Source: Octopus sinensis (taxonomy: Eukaryota). Taken from it: a stretch of 64,000 bases of DNA. The position numbers and the translations under genes are program-made. The stretch is from contig NC_043000.1 in the NCBI RefSeq assembly GCF_006345805.1, forward strand, positions 143,158,001-143,222,000, written 5' to 3'. Below the pieces are notes generated by a model. The model did no database searches, was not told the origin of the DNA, and was given only the letters and a program-made list of their open reading frames with translations. Shown here piece by piece: positions 53,619-64,000 of this stretch (positions are counted from its first letter, which is position 1; every line of letters starts with the position of its first letter).

Positions 53619-54173
53619 GAGTGAGAGAGCAGTGCATGCCATCAAAGTTACACTGGGGTAAAATATACGAAGCCCAGCATACTCATCATGTCTATACGTC
53701 TGATAAGGGTACACTAGACACATGCATCACAGCCATATGTCCGCGACATGGTGATCTCATATCAAGATAAACAGCACATGACCTTGCAGGTGGGGCCCAG
53801 TTAGAATTTTTTTCTGGTCGAGTAACCCATCCCGCTCAAAAGGTCCCTGAATAAGGGTTGTTTAAGGATGTTGAACGAAATACCTGTTTCCAGAAGTGAA
53901 TTATTCAGACCCTAAAGAATCCCTCTCAACACATGGCTATGATGCTCTCCAACTACTTCTGCTCGTGATCAGAGATGCACATATCGTCAGCCACTTAGGG
54001 ACATGCTCAACTTGTTATGGTCAAACAACCCAGAAGCAAATCTGTGGTATTGAACAGAATATTTGCTGTAGCCCATCTTTTATACCAAGACAAAACGATG
54101 TACAAGATAACACTTTCAATCAGTTAAGACAAGAAGCCATGAGAGCCACTGCCTGGTACTACATCAGGACATC
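53619..54173 (-). mobile_element. ~555-bp non-coding element flanked by (TAA)n (family T), longest copy
   Basis: Bounded by (TTA)n on both sides. Homologous to 54211-54668 and 31611-31734. 3' end ...GCACTGCTCTCTCACTC followed by (AAT)n. No long ORF and no tRNA box B seen. Confidence 0.8.
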
Positions 54174-54210
<37 letters not shown>

Positions 54211-54668
54211 GAGTGAACGAGCAGTGCATACCATCAAAGTGACACTGGGGTAAAATATACAAAGCCTTGTATACCCATCATGACTACCCGTCTGATAAGG
54301 GTACACTAGGCACATGCATCACAACCATATGTGCGCGACATGGTGATCTCATATCAAGATAAACAGCACGTGACCTTGCAGGTGGGGCCCAGTTAGAATT
54401 TTCTTCTGATCGAATAACTCATCCCGCTCAAAAGGTCCCTGAATAAGGGTTGTTTAAGGATGTTGAACGAACCACCTATGTTTCCAGAGGTGAATTATTC
54501 AAACCCCAAAGATTCCCTCTCAACACATGGCTATGATGCTCCTCCACTACTTCTGCTCGTGATCAGAGATGCACATATCGTCAGCCACTAAGGGACATGC
54601 TCAACTGGTTAAGGTCAAACAACTGACAAGCAAATCTGTGGTATTGAGCAGAATATTTGCTGTAGCCC
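54211..54668 (-). mobile_element. Family T, second copy, 5'-truncated
   Basis: Same 3' end as 53619-54173; truncated at CTGTAGCCC and joined to (TTA)n. Confidence 0.8.
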
Positions 54669-54740
<72 letters not shown>

Positions 54741-54759
54741 CATCCTCATCATCATTATG

Positions 54760-54945
54760 CGAGCTGGTAGTATCGTTAGCATGCTTGACAAAAAAGCTTA
54801 GTGTCATTTCTCCCGACATTACATCTGAGTTCCGATGCCGCCGTAGTCGACTTTGTCTTCCATTCTTTGGGGGTCGAAAAAAATAAATATCAGTTGAGCA
54901 GTGAGGTCAATGTAATTGACTATCCCCTTTAACTCAAAACTTTCA
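54760..54945 (+). mobile_element. Degenerate SINE B-related copy
   Basis: GCGAGCTGGTAG...CTGAGTTCC...GTCGACTTTG...GGGGTCGA. Confidence 0.65.
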
Positions 54946-56843
54946 AACTCTGTGACTATAGTACAAAAAATTATGACTAATATTTTGCATAACCAAAATA
55001 CCTTGTTTAATCTCCAATAATTCAATTCTATCTTAATATTTTATTCCGTTTCAATTTCTCAACCGATTGTTATCGATATCGATATAGATATTCAAAACGA
55101 TATTCGTGCCTGTTTTCTCAGTTTTCGGCTGAAAGTGTTTGCTTAATATCTTTAAATGTATCACTTTACTTTGAAACTAAAAAAAATGCTGTTTCCTAAT
55201 AAAAATCTTACAATCTTTATATCACATAAGTTTGAAAAATTAGTGCTGTCGAACTGTAAAAACATAATGTAAAGTAACCTGTGAAACAGCCATTCATGCA
55301 CTCGTATTCTTTTCGTAAGTTTTGATATCACTACATTGAGATTTATTGCATGAAATTTTCTTCAATGCTTCATTTTTGTGTCAGTCAAGCGACGATGTCA
55401 AAATATTCTGATATCATCACATCTTTCATCAACAACGAGCAATATATTATTTTTTTCTAGTGTAGAAAAATCATTGCTAAATGAATTATATAAAAATAAG
55501 ATGATACTTATGGCGGACCCATTTTGATACATATGATATTCACACACATTCTCGTAGCCGTTGAGTAATCAAAAAGTAGGCACTAGTATATTTGCCAATA
55601 AAGTGGGCATATCAAGAGGTTAAGGCATATTTGTGCTCTACTCAACATTTTATTGGCTGAATTCAAATATATAGAGTATTATAAATTCATTTCAACCGAC
55701 CTTACCAATTTGTTTTGCATACAAGTTGTGATAACCTAAGACGGCACCTGTCAGAGCAGTAGGCGTTGAAATAATGGAAATCATACATTTGTATCACATT
55801 TTTCCACGTTTTCTACTACCGCTCTGCAGTGCAACATATTGGCATTTACCTTCTCGGCTACATGTTCTTAATTTCCCCCTTCGGATTTTATGCTATCAGA
55901 ATAAACTTTTCCATTGACTTCTTTTTCATGAACACATGCCTCACATAAAACGTTCGCTTTTTGCGCCAATTCGCACGTTTCCGGAAAATTCTCTTTTATT
56001 CATTAATCATAACACGCTTTTCAATTACAGAAACGCTCACGTGCACTCAAACACTCATCGATGTTCTCAGTGCATATGCGTTCAACCACTGAAAACCACT
56101 CTACCCCATTTCTCTGACACATATATTCAAAAACAAAAACATGCTCACATACACACACTTTCTTTATACCGACCTAGCAATCAAACACATACCGACATCA
56201 CCCTTACTTTACATTAATGTCAGCAATTTACAGATTTACAAAACCCACACAAAGATATATAACCTAAATCACACAATTACATTCCCCACTTTATACCTGC
56301 TACAAAGCACAGGCATACTAATGCAAACACCTAAAGCCCTGCTCCTATCTTTTAAGTCCACTTCATTCAAGAGTATTCCCATTGACATGTAAACCCATCA
56401 CAATTCTACTTTTCTCCCAAATATTTAAACATAGTTTTACACATATATTCCTCCCCTTCCCTCTCTCCTATTGCTTTCTCTTCCTCTTCTTTTCTGTCTG
56501 AACAGGAGTTAGAGTCCAAAATGTCAAAGATACTTCATTTTTCTTTCACGAGTTAAACCAATATCTTTTCATCATCCTTTGTTTTCTCCCGCATTGCTGT
56601 CCCTGTATTGTGTTTAATCATTTTCAATTTATATATATATATAAATATATTAGTATAAACTGCAGTGTGCAATGTTTCACCAAAAAAGGAGAATTACAAA
56701 TGTCACTAAATGCGACTAGGGTGTTAAGAAACATCTACATTGCTAGAACACATTAGGGAATCGCTAAATCATCCAATGATTTGGACGACGAAAATATAGA
56801 TACTAACGTCGAAGCGAGACCGGAAGTAGCCGAAGACGATCTG

Positions 56844-56896
56844 TTTTAACTGATGACGCAACGGAAATTGCCGAAACTGACGCGTCATTATTAAGA
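56844..56896 (+). ncRNA. Type I hammerhead motif with palindromic helix III and two point changes
   Basis: TTTTAA CTGATGA CGCAA CGGAAA TTGCC GAAAC TGACGCGTCA TTA TTAAGA; C instead of G at 10.1 and U instead of G at 16.2. Confidence 0.6.
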
Positions 56897-56984
56897 ATTC
56901 TCGATTAGCACTTTTCAGATGATTATGGTCCCTGTGCGTGTATATGCTTTCATTAATGTGTATTAACTACGCATTAGAGCGGTT

Positions 56985-57320
56985 TACTTAGATAACATAG
57001 ATTGGTTTCGGCCATTATCGGCCCAGGCCATGACTAGCTCAATACCACTACATGGAAAAGTATTTTACTTAATTATTTCGGGACACCATGGACCAGTAAA
57101 GCAAAGAGTTGTTGCTGGTTGAAACGTATCCAGATGTAGGTGGTTTATCCGGTATTTCCTGGAGGAATTTGTCCAGGTACAGTTTGAAAGATGTGTGATC
57201 TTTTTCTACTTCAATTTTTTTCTGGATAACATTGAAAAGTGCAGGACCATTTGCAGTGAAGAAATTGTGTAGCATTGTTCTAATGTGATTTTTACTCTTA
57301 GTTCAAAAAGCCTAAAAGAT
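56985..57320 (-). mobile_element. CR1/L2-like LINE 3' fragment, same family as 45225-45690
   Basis: FTANGPALFNVI..SFKLYLDKFLQEIPDKP..NNSLLYW; shared 3' UTR motif. Confidence 0.75.
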
Positions 57321-57406
57321 GGAAACCGTTACTAAAACGAACTATTATTTTATCATTTTCTACCTTGCTTTAATTTCCTGATACAAAAATGCATACATAC
57401 ATACAT

Positions 57407-57480
<74 letters not shown>

Positions 57481-57832
57481 TGTGTGTGTGTGTGTGTGAG
57501 TGTGTGTGTGTGTGTATAATATACACATGTATATATTCACACATACATACCCACACACATATTTATAATGTGACTAGGCTATTAAGAAACACCCACATTG
57601 CTCTAATGCTGTTCTAATGCTGCAGTTAAGACACATGTGCGTTAATTAGAACATGGGGCATTTTAGCAATTAAAACCATAGACACATCAAATGACAATTA
57701 CAATTCTCCTTTTTTGTAAAACATTGCAACTTACTGTTTATAATGCATATCATTTTATAGAGAATAGCATATTACAAGTTGCAAACTCATTTCAAAATTC
57801 ATATATTTCTTCAGATATATATGTATATATAT

Positions 57833-57885
<53 letters not shown>

Positions 57886-58870
57886 TATAATAAACGATTT
57901 TTATTGAATTATACTCAGAGAAAGTAAAAGACATAGTTGATAGAAATACGAAAGGAAAATGTTCCATGGTGTTTTACTTCACAAAATTTAGTTAATGTAT
58001 AAGAATATTAACTACATGCTTAAGTTATCCTTTCTACTTTAGACCCATGATGAAATTTTTGTGGAGAGGCGGCAAGTCTCAATGAGTAGTTAATTTACCA
58101 CCTATGAAAGGCATAATTCGAACTCAGAACGTAAAGCCGGATTAACTGCCGCTAAGTAGTTTATCCGTCGTGCTAACCATTCTGTCATCTCACCGCCGTA
58201 TACCTGTTTAAATAATAACGTGTTTCTAGAAGTACCGATCAAATATAGCAACGTAATCTATTTACTAATCGACTTGTAAAAAGTCAAACATTATTCATCA
58301 CCGATTTTTTGAATTGTCAGATTTTCTTTAGCTTTCTACGATCGAAATAGACTTTTATTTTACAGTTTCTAAATTATAGCAAGGTTGGTCATTCAGCTGC
58401 AAAAATATTTTAATTTGGTTATTGCAGTATGAAAAAGTATATACAACAATATATGCGTAATTTATTTTACTTATCGAAAATTATTAAACCACTATTATTT
58501 TGGTTATTCTTAGTTCTGAATTAAGTGGCATATATTAACATTTCATAGTCTAGATTAGGAATATAAAATACATCTCCTAAGAATTACTGCCTATATATTC
58601 AGACATTCATATTATAATGTGAGATTGCTTGTCACAAATACATTCTATTCATGAAAATCATAGTTGAAACACATTTGGAAATTCATAAAACTGATTTTAA
58701 ACAACTGCAACGGAATACCAATAGATTATGCTTCAATTTTTATAATGTTTCTTCTCTTTCGCTTTCCACTTGACACCCTTCTGTCAGTGAACGTCTTGAC
58801 ATACATACACACATACATACATATATTTACATATACGTATGCCTTGTAAAGAAATTCACTTTATTCTTGA

Positions 58871-58952
58871 ATCTTTGATGAAGCTATAGGATGACGCACA
58901 AACATTCAACAATGGATGTACTCTATTTTATAGTAAACACAGCTGTAAGCTA
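58871..58952 (+). ncRNA. Decayed copy of the P3 hammerhead
   Basis: TTGATGA AGCTATAG...TTATAGT AAAC ACAGCTGTA AGCTAATGAAGTTC; shares its 3' flank with the 4900 motif; core is mutated. Confidence 0.5.
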
Positions 58953-59104
58953 ATGAAGTTCACGATATTTCTTATTCCCTTGTCATTTTAATTTCCTATC
59001 ACCGCTCTGTACTCTACTGATGTTATGTTTTGCTCTGAAAAGCATGTACATTGAATTCTAACACCAGGTTGTTAAAATCGCTATACCAAAGCGAAATCAT
59101 GATG

Positions 59105-59166
<62 letters not shown>

Positions 59167-59289
59167 TACAACAACAACAATAATAATAATTTCAGTTATT
59201 TGCCACTGGGGCGAAGGAAGAGAAGGACAATAGAGAGACAGACATAGAGTGTGGGGGTTTATATATAATAATGAAATGATAAAAAGATA

Positions 59290-59790
59290 AAAAAATAATT
59301 AAATGTTCAAAATAAAAAGATGAAAAATAAAGTATACATGGTATACACTGGAAAAGAAGGGAAATATGCATAGCATACAAAGGTAAAAAAAAAGCCGAGG
59401 AGGATGATAGAGATGTGGCCCTCCTGATACAGGAACGCCTCTTTTTCAAGTGAAACTTGAAAAAGTCAATTTGAGCTCTACCAAAGAGGAATATATCTAT
59501 CCTCATGCCTTTAGTCTTGTCCACTAAACAACCTCTTTCACTACAGCCATCAGGTAAAAGAAAACTGTCTTGCCTGCCCGATTGGAGGAGGACAGCAGTG
59601 CAATCATCACTACACACTCGACCGACAGACGTGACAGTAGCTGTTCAACATAACCCCACAAGTCAGCAATGCCTGGACACTGAACGAGGGCGTGCAGAAT
59701 GGTTTCGTTGCATCCGTATCTGTAGAGCTTAACTCGAACCGGTAGCGACCCTCGGTAGAACTGCCAAGCCAAGGACATGGATAGAGTGAA
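59290..59790 (-). mobile_element. L1/Tx1-type LINE ORF2 C-terminal fragment plus T-rich 3' UTR
   Basis: GSLPVRVKL..GCNETILHALVQCPGIADLWGYVEQLL (zf-RVT-like); frameshifted. Confidence 0.7.
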
Positions 59791-59912
59791 AAGCCATAAA
59801 ATCATAGTATGCGCCTGTATATTGGAGAGCATGAGTCATGACTCGTACCTTTCAGACATGCCAGTGCCTGTATGTATATATATATAATTATTTTATTATT
59901 CTAGTTTATTTT

Positions 59913-60001
59913 TAACCTGATGAGTGGCTATATTTATATCGAAGTGATTTTACTACTACTATAATCATTTCTTAAATATAGCCACGAAACACGTGACGTT
60001 A
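59913..60001 (+). ncRNA. Type I hammerhead with 13-bp perfect helix II and GAC triplet
   Basis: TAAC CTGATGA GTGGCTATATTTA..TAAATATAGCCAC GAAAC ACGT GAC GTTA; inner helix GAAGTGATT/AATCATTTC. Confidence 0.7.
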
Positions 60002-60169
60002 TTCTACCAATTATATACGTTTTTATTATTTTATTTTTTTGCAATTTACTTAATCATTTATATTTTATTGTTATTTTGATTTTAATATTTCTATTACATG
60101 TAATTTTCTAGATGGCATAATTTAATTGCTCATTTTGAATTGATAAAAGGTGTTCTTTTTCTCTCTCTC

Positions 60170-60249
<80 letters not shown>

Positions 60250-60363
60250 GTGAAATTTGATTTAGTATTTCTAAATTGAATTTTTTTCCCTGTAAGTTTG
60301 GATTTATATTCCCACAAATAATTATATATAATTATATTGTGCTTTCACAAACAAACTTTCTTA

Positions 60364-60438
<75 letters not shown>

Positions 60439-61068
60439 GTATACATACATATATATGTATGAGTGTGTGTGTGTGTATGTATGTATTTATTTATTATTCA
60501 TTTAATATATGCATATGTATTCACATATGAATTTATGCATACATGTGTGCATGTGTGTGTGTGACCGCGTGTGTGTGTGTGTATCTGAATAGTTTCTATT
60601 GGGAACAACTGAATGATTATTAAAGACATCACACGTCTCTTACTCAGCACAACGACTAATCCTTGTATTAGAATGTATCCTCTCATGACTCCTATTTAGC
60701 CATATTGGATGATGTTTAGTGACTAATAGCACGCTACCATATTTGATTGTAACACGTGATCACTTGTACTTATCTAGTAAGTAAAAAAGCTACAGATATA
60801 AAGATAATTAGAATTTCGTGTGGAAGTAATTTTTTTTTATTTCTTGTTCAGATAAAAATCTATTTTGTAAGTCGATGCAGGTTGAAAAGGTTAATGTTTC
60901 GCAGTTTTCCAATTGCTGTAAGGACGGACTATATATATAATAAATTGGAGGTTTCATATGAGTGTCACCGAAGAAACATTTCAAATATTATAACTGCTCT
61001 GTTATTAGACAGAAATACATACACTCAAAATCACGCGCACTCCCATCTATATATATATATATATATAA

Positions 61069-61210
61069 CGGAAGCTTTATGAAAATAAACAAAAGACGAA
61101 GGCAGGTGGAAAACAAACGAACAATTGTATTAGTATGGCGCTCAGGAAATATAAATAAAACAAGTCTTTAACGTTTCGAGCCTACGCTCTTCAACAGAAA
61201 GATACACATG
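61069..61210 (-). mobile_element. Repeat P1 copy
   Basis: Same sequence family, next to (TA)n. Confidence 0.65.
61165..61202 (-). ncRNA. Minimal hammerhead motif, core CUGUUGA (family P1)
   Basis: Minus strand reads TCTTT CTGTTGA A GAGC GTAG GCTC GAAAC GTT AAAGA. Confidence 0.7.
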
Positions 61211-61226
61211 TGGGGTGAGGTGTATA

Positions 61227-61265
<39 letters not shown>

Positions 61266-61275
61266 TATAATATAT

Positions 61276-61338
<63 letters not shown>

Positions 61339-61479
61339 GCAGCACGGAATTTTGACAGTGCACATATCGCGGTCTCAAAGCTAGGAAATATTTTGTCAAA
61401 TTAAATTTAAATGTTGAAGTGAATCTAACGGTTTTTGTGTGTTCTTAAATGGATTATAAACACTTTCCACGCTGCAATT

Positions 61480-61553
<74 letters not shown>

Positions 61554-62154
61554 GAAACTTCCACAATACTAGATAGGAAATATACATAGTACATATCATA
61601 CCCTCATACCCACAGTTTACACAGATAGAGTAGAATAGTTAGTGTGCTGTTATGTAGATAGATGTATGTATGTGTGTGTGTGTGTGTGTGTGAGTGTATG
61701 TGTGTGTATATGCACATGTATGCAAGTATATGGATATGAAAATAAACAGATCAACATACAGACGGATAGGTACATAGGTTATGTGAACAGACAAGCACAC
61801 ATACGCAAATGAATACTGAAACACATGACCATATATGCACGCACACACACATTACTTCACACAAGGACACATATGGAGACACACGTCCACACATATGGAG
61901 ATGCACATCCATACATACAAACACGGTACATAGTTGCAAAACACACACATACACACGTTCAGACATGCACACACAAGAAGACAGAGGTGCATCCATATAT
62001 AAACGCACGCACACACACATAAAAAAACACGCAAACACGGACTGGCATCCTCCCCCAAAATTTCGGGCCTTGTGCCAAGAGTAGAAAAGTTTGTGATGAT
62101 AATGGATGAAACAATGGCAACTTTAAATGATAACAGTATACTCTCTCTCACTAT

Positions 62155-62562
62155 CTCTTTTACTCTTTTACTTGTTTCAGTCATTTGATTGCGGCCATGC
62201 TGGAGCACCGCCTTTAGTCGAGCAAATCGACCCCGGTACTTATTCTTTGTAAGCCCGGTACTTATTCTATCGGTCTCTTTTGCCGAACCGCTAAGTGACG
62301 GGGACGTAAACACACCAGCATCGGTTGTCAAGCAATGCTAGAGGGACAAACACAGACACATAAACACAGACACACATATATATATATATACATATATACG
62401 ACGGGCTTCTTTCAGTTTCCGTCTACCAAATCCATTCACAAGGCATTGGTCGGCCCGGGGCTATAGGAGAAGACACTTGCCCAAGATACCACGCAGTGGG
62501 ACTGAACCCAGAACCATGTGGTTGGTAAGCAAGCTACTTACCACACAGCCACTCCTGCACCT
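62155..62562 (-). mobile_element. SINE A, full copy
   Basis: Near-consensus. Confidence 0.92.
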
Positions 62563-62894
62563 AGGGGCATTATAGTTGCTGTTACCATAACTCTTTAATG
62601 TGCTCCTCCGTAGGCTTAGGATATGCATAGAGATATGTTTCATAAAATGAGCTATTTGTATTCACACACCTAACCACTAAATGAACCATACAGACTAAAG
62701 GAACAATGACCGGCTATATATTTGCAACATTTTTGCGCTGAGGTATTTGTCATACTATCGGCAATCATCAAATCATTTAACAAAGATTACTGGCAACAAT
62801 ACTAATAAGAAAACTATTGTTTTAGTTATTTCAAGTGATTGCTAGTTTCGAGTGTAACAATACAACACCTCTCATCATATTTATTCTATATATA

Positions 62895-63375
62895 TATTTC
62901 TTTACTACCCACAAGGGGCTGAACATAGAGAAGACAAACAAAGATAGACATAGGGATTAAGTCGATTACACTGACCCAGTGCGAAACTGGTACTTTATTT
63001 ATCGACACCGAGAGGATGAAAGGCAAAGTCGACCTCAGCGGAATTTGAACTCAGGACGTAACGACAGACGAAATACCTATTTCTTTGCTACCCACAAGGG
63101 GCTAAACACAGAGGAGACAAACAAGGACAAACAAACGGATTAAGTCGGTTACATCGACCCCAGTGCGTAACTGGTACTTTATTTATCGACCCCGAGAGGA
63201 TGAAAGGCAAAGTCGACCTCGGCGGAATTTGAACTCAGGACGTAACGACAGACGAAATACCGCTAAGCATTTCGCCCGGCGCACTAACCTTTCTGCCAGC
63301 TCGCCTCCTATTGGCAGCTCCTTGGGAAATATTATGTCCAAACTTAAATTCATGCTGGAGTCTGCCAGCTCGCCA
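62895..63375 (-). mobile_element. SINE B dimer with an extra head stub
   Basis: Same junction at 63078/63077; head to 63305; second head stub 63361-63375; TSD 15/16 match at 62877-62892 and 63380-63395. Confidence 0.9.
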
Positions 63376-63649
63376 CCCTATATTTATTTTATATAGGACT
63401 GCCCAAGCGGTTGCTCTGTACACCCGTAATAGATGTATTATCTGTAAATTTATTTAACCGAAATCTTCGCCGATCATGTTTCACTGTTTGCTGTTCTACT
63501 TGTCTCGAATTGGCCAACAATTCTACTTCGGAAGTCATCGTCGCCTTCCAACCAAATACTAGCTTGCTCACTGAAAATCGTTGCTGGGATTTTGACACTT
63601 GCTTCTTCGTTTGGCATCCGTGCCTTACGCGCTATCTTTTTCTTGTTGC

Positions 63650-63943
63650 TCTTTTACTCTTTTACTTGTTTCAGTCATTTGACTGCGGCCATGCTAGAGC
63701 ACCGCCTTTAATCGAGCAACTCGACCCCGGGACTTATTCTATCGGTCTCTTTGCTGAACCGCTAAGTGACGGGGACATAAACACACCAACATCGGTTGTC
63801 AAGCAATGCTAGGGGGACAAACACAAACATACACACACACACACACATATATAAATTTATATATACATATATACGACGGGCTTCTTTCAGTTTCCGTGTA
63901 CCAAATCCACTCACAAGGCTTTGGTCGGCCCGAGGCTATAGTA
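63650..63943 (-). mobile_element. SINE A, 5'-truncated
   Basis: Tail and core present, head missing. Confidence 0.88.
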
Positions 63944-64000
63944 AAAAATAGCCGTTTGTAAAGTATAAGACCACCAGTTCACAGATATAAATTTCAAATA

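Noticed and set aside
53925-53995. Hammerhead in family T (CTGACGA...GAAG)
   Set aside because: GAAG instead of GAAA, and helices I and III cannot be closed with a valid triplet.
55835-55950. Hydrophobic plus-strand terminal exon candidate
   Set aside because: The opposite strand looks like a decayed mariner 3' end, which explains the segment more simply.

Overview
AT-rich, microsatellite-saturated eukaryotic DNA. The repeat families point to an octopus (coleoid cephalopod) genome; this is inferred from sequence recognition, not from a database search. Almost all ORF-track entries are microsatellite artefacts. Mobile content includes three tRNA-headed SINE families (about 30 copies or fragments), an RTE-tailed short repeat, and fragments of RTE, CR1-like, L1/Tx1 and mariner elements. 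There are also two inverted copies of a non-autonomous Helitron and a 251-bp fold-back element. A 2.8-kb 5'-truncated R4/Dong-clade LINE (RT, CCHC finger, restriction-like endonuclease) is inserted in (TAA)n. One credible host exon lies on + at 40729-40860, so much of the window may be intronic. Three signals stand out. (1) About ten type I hammerhead-ribozyme motifs of Penelope-like-element type occur in 64 kb, including a family with a recurrent non-canonical core (CUGUNGA). (2) Two independent SINE head-to-tail dimers share a nucleotide-identical junction in the tRNA-like loop, each bracketed by one TSD pair, which suggests a circular or concatemeric SINE RNA template. (3) A ~555-bp non-coding, non-tRNA element sits in (TAA)n in the same polarity as the Dong LINE and is a candidate non-autonomous partner. 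Mechanistic readings are hypotheses; tests are given.
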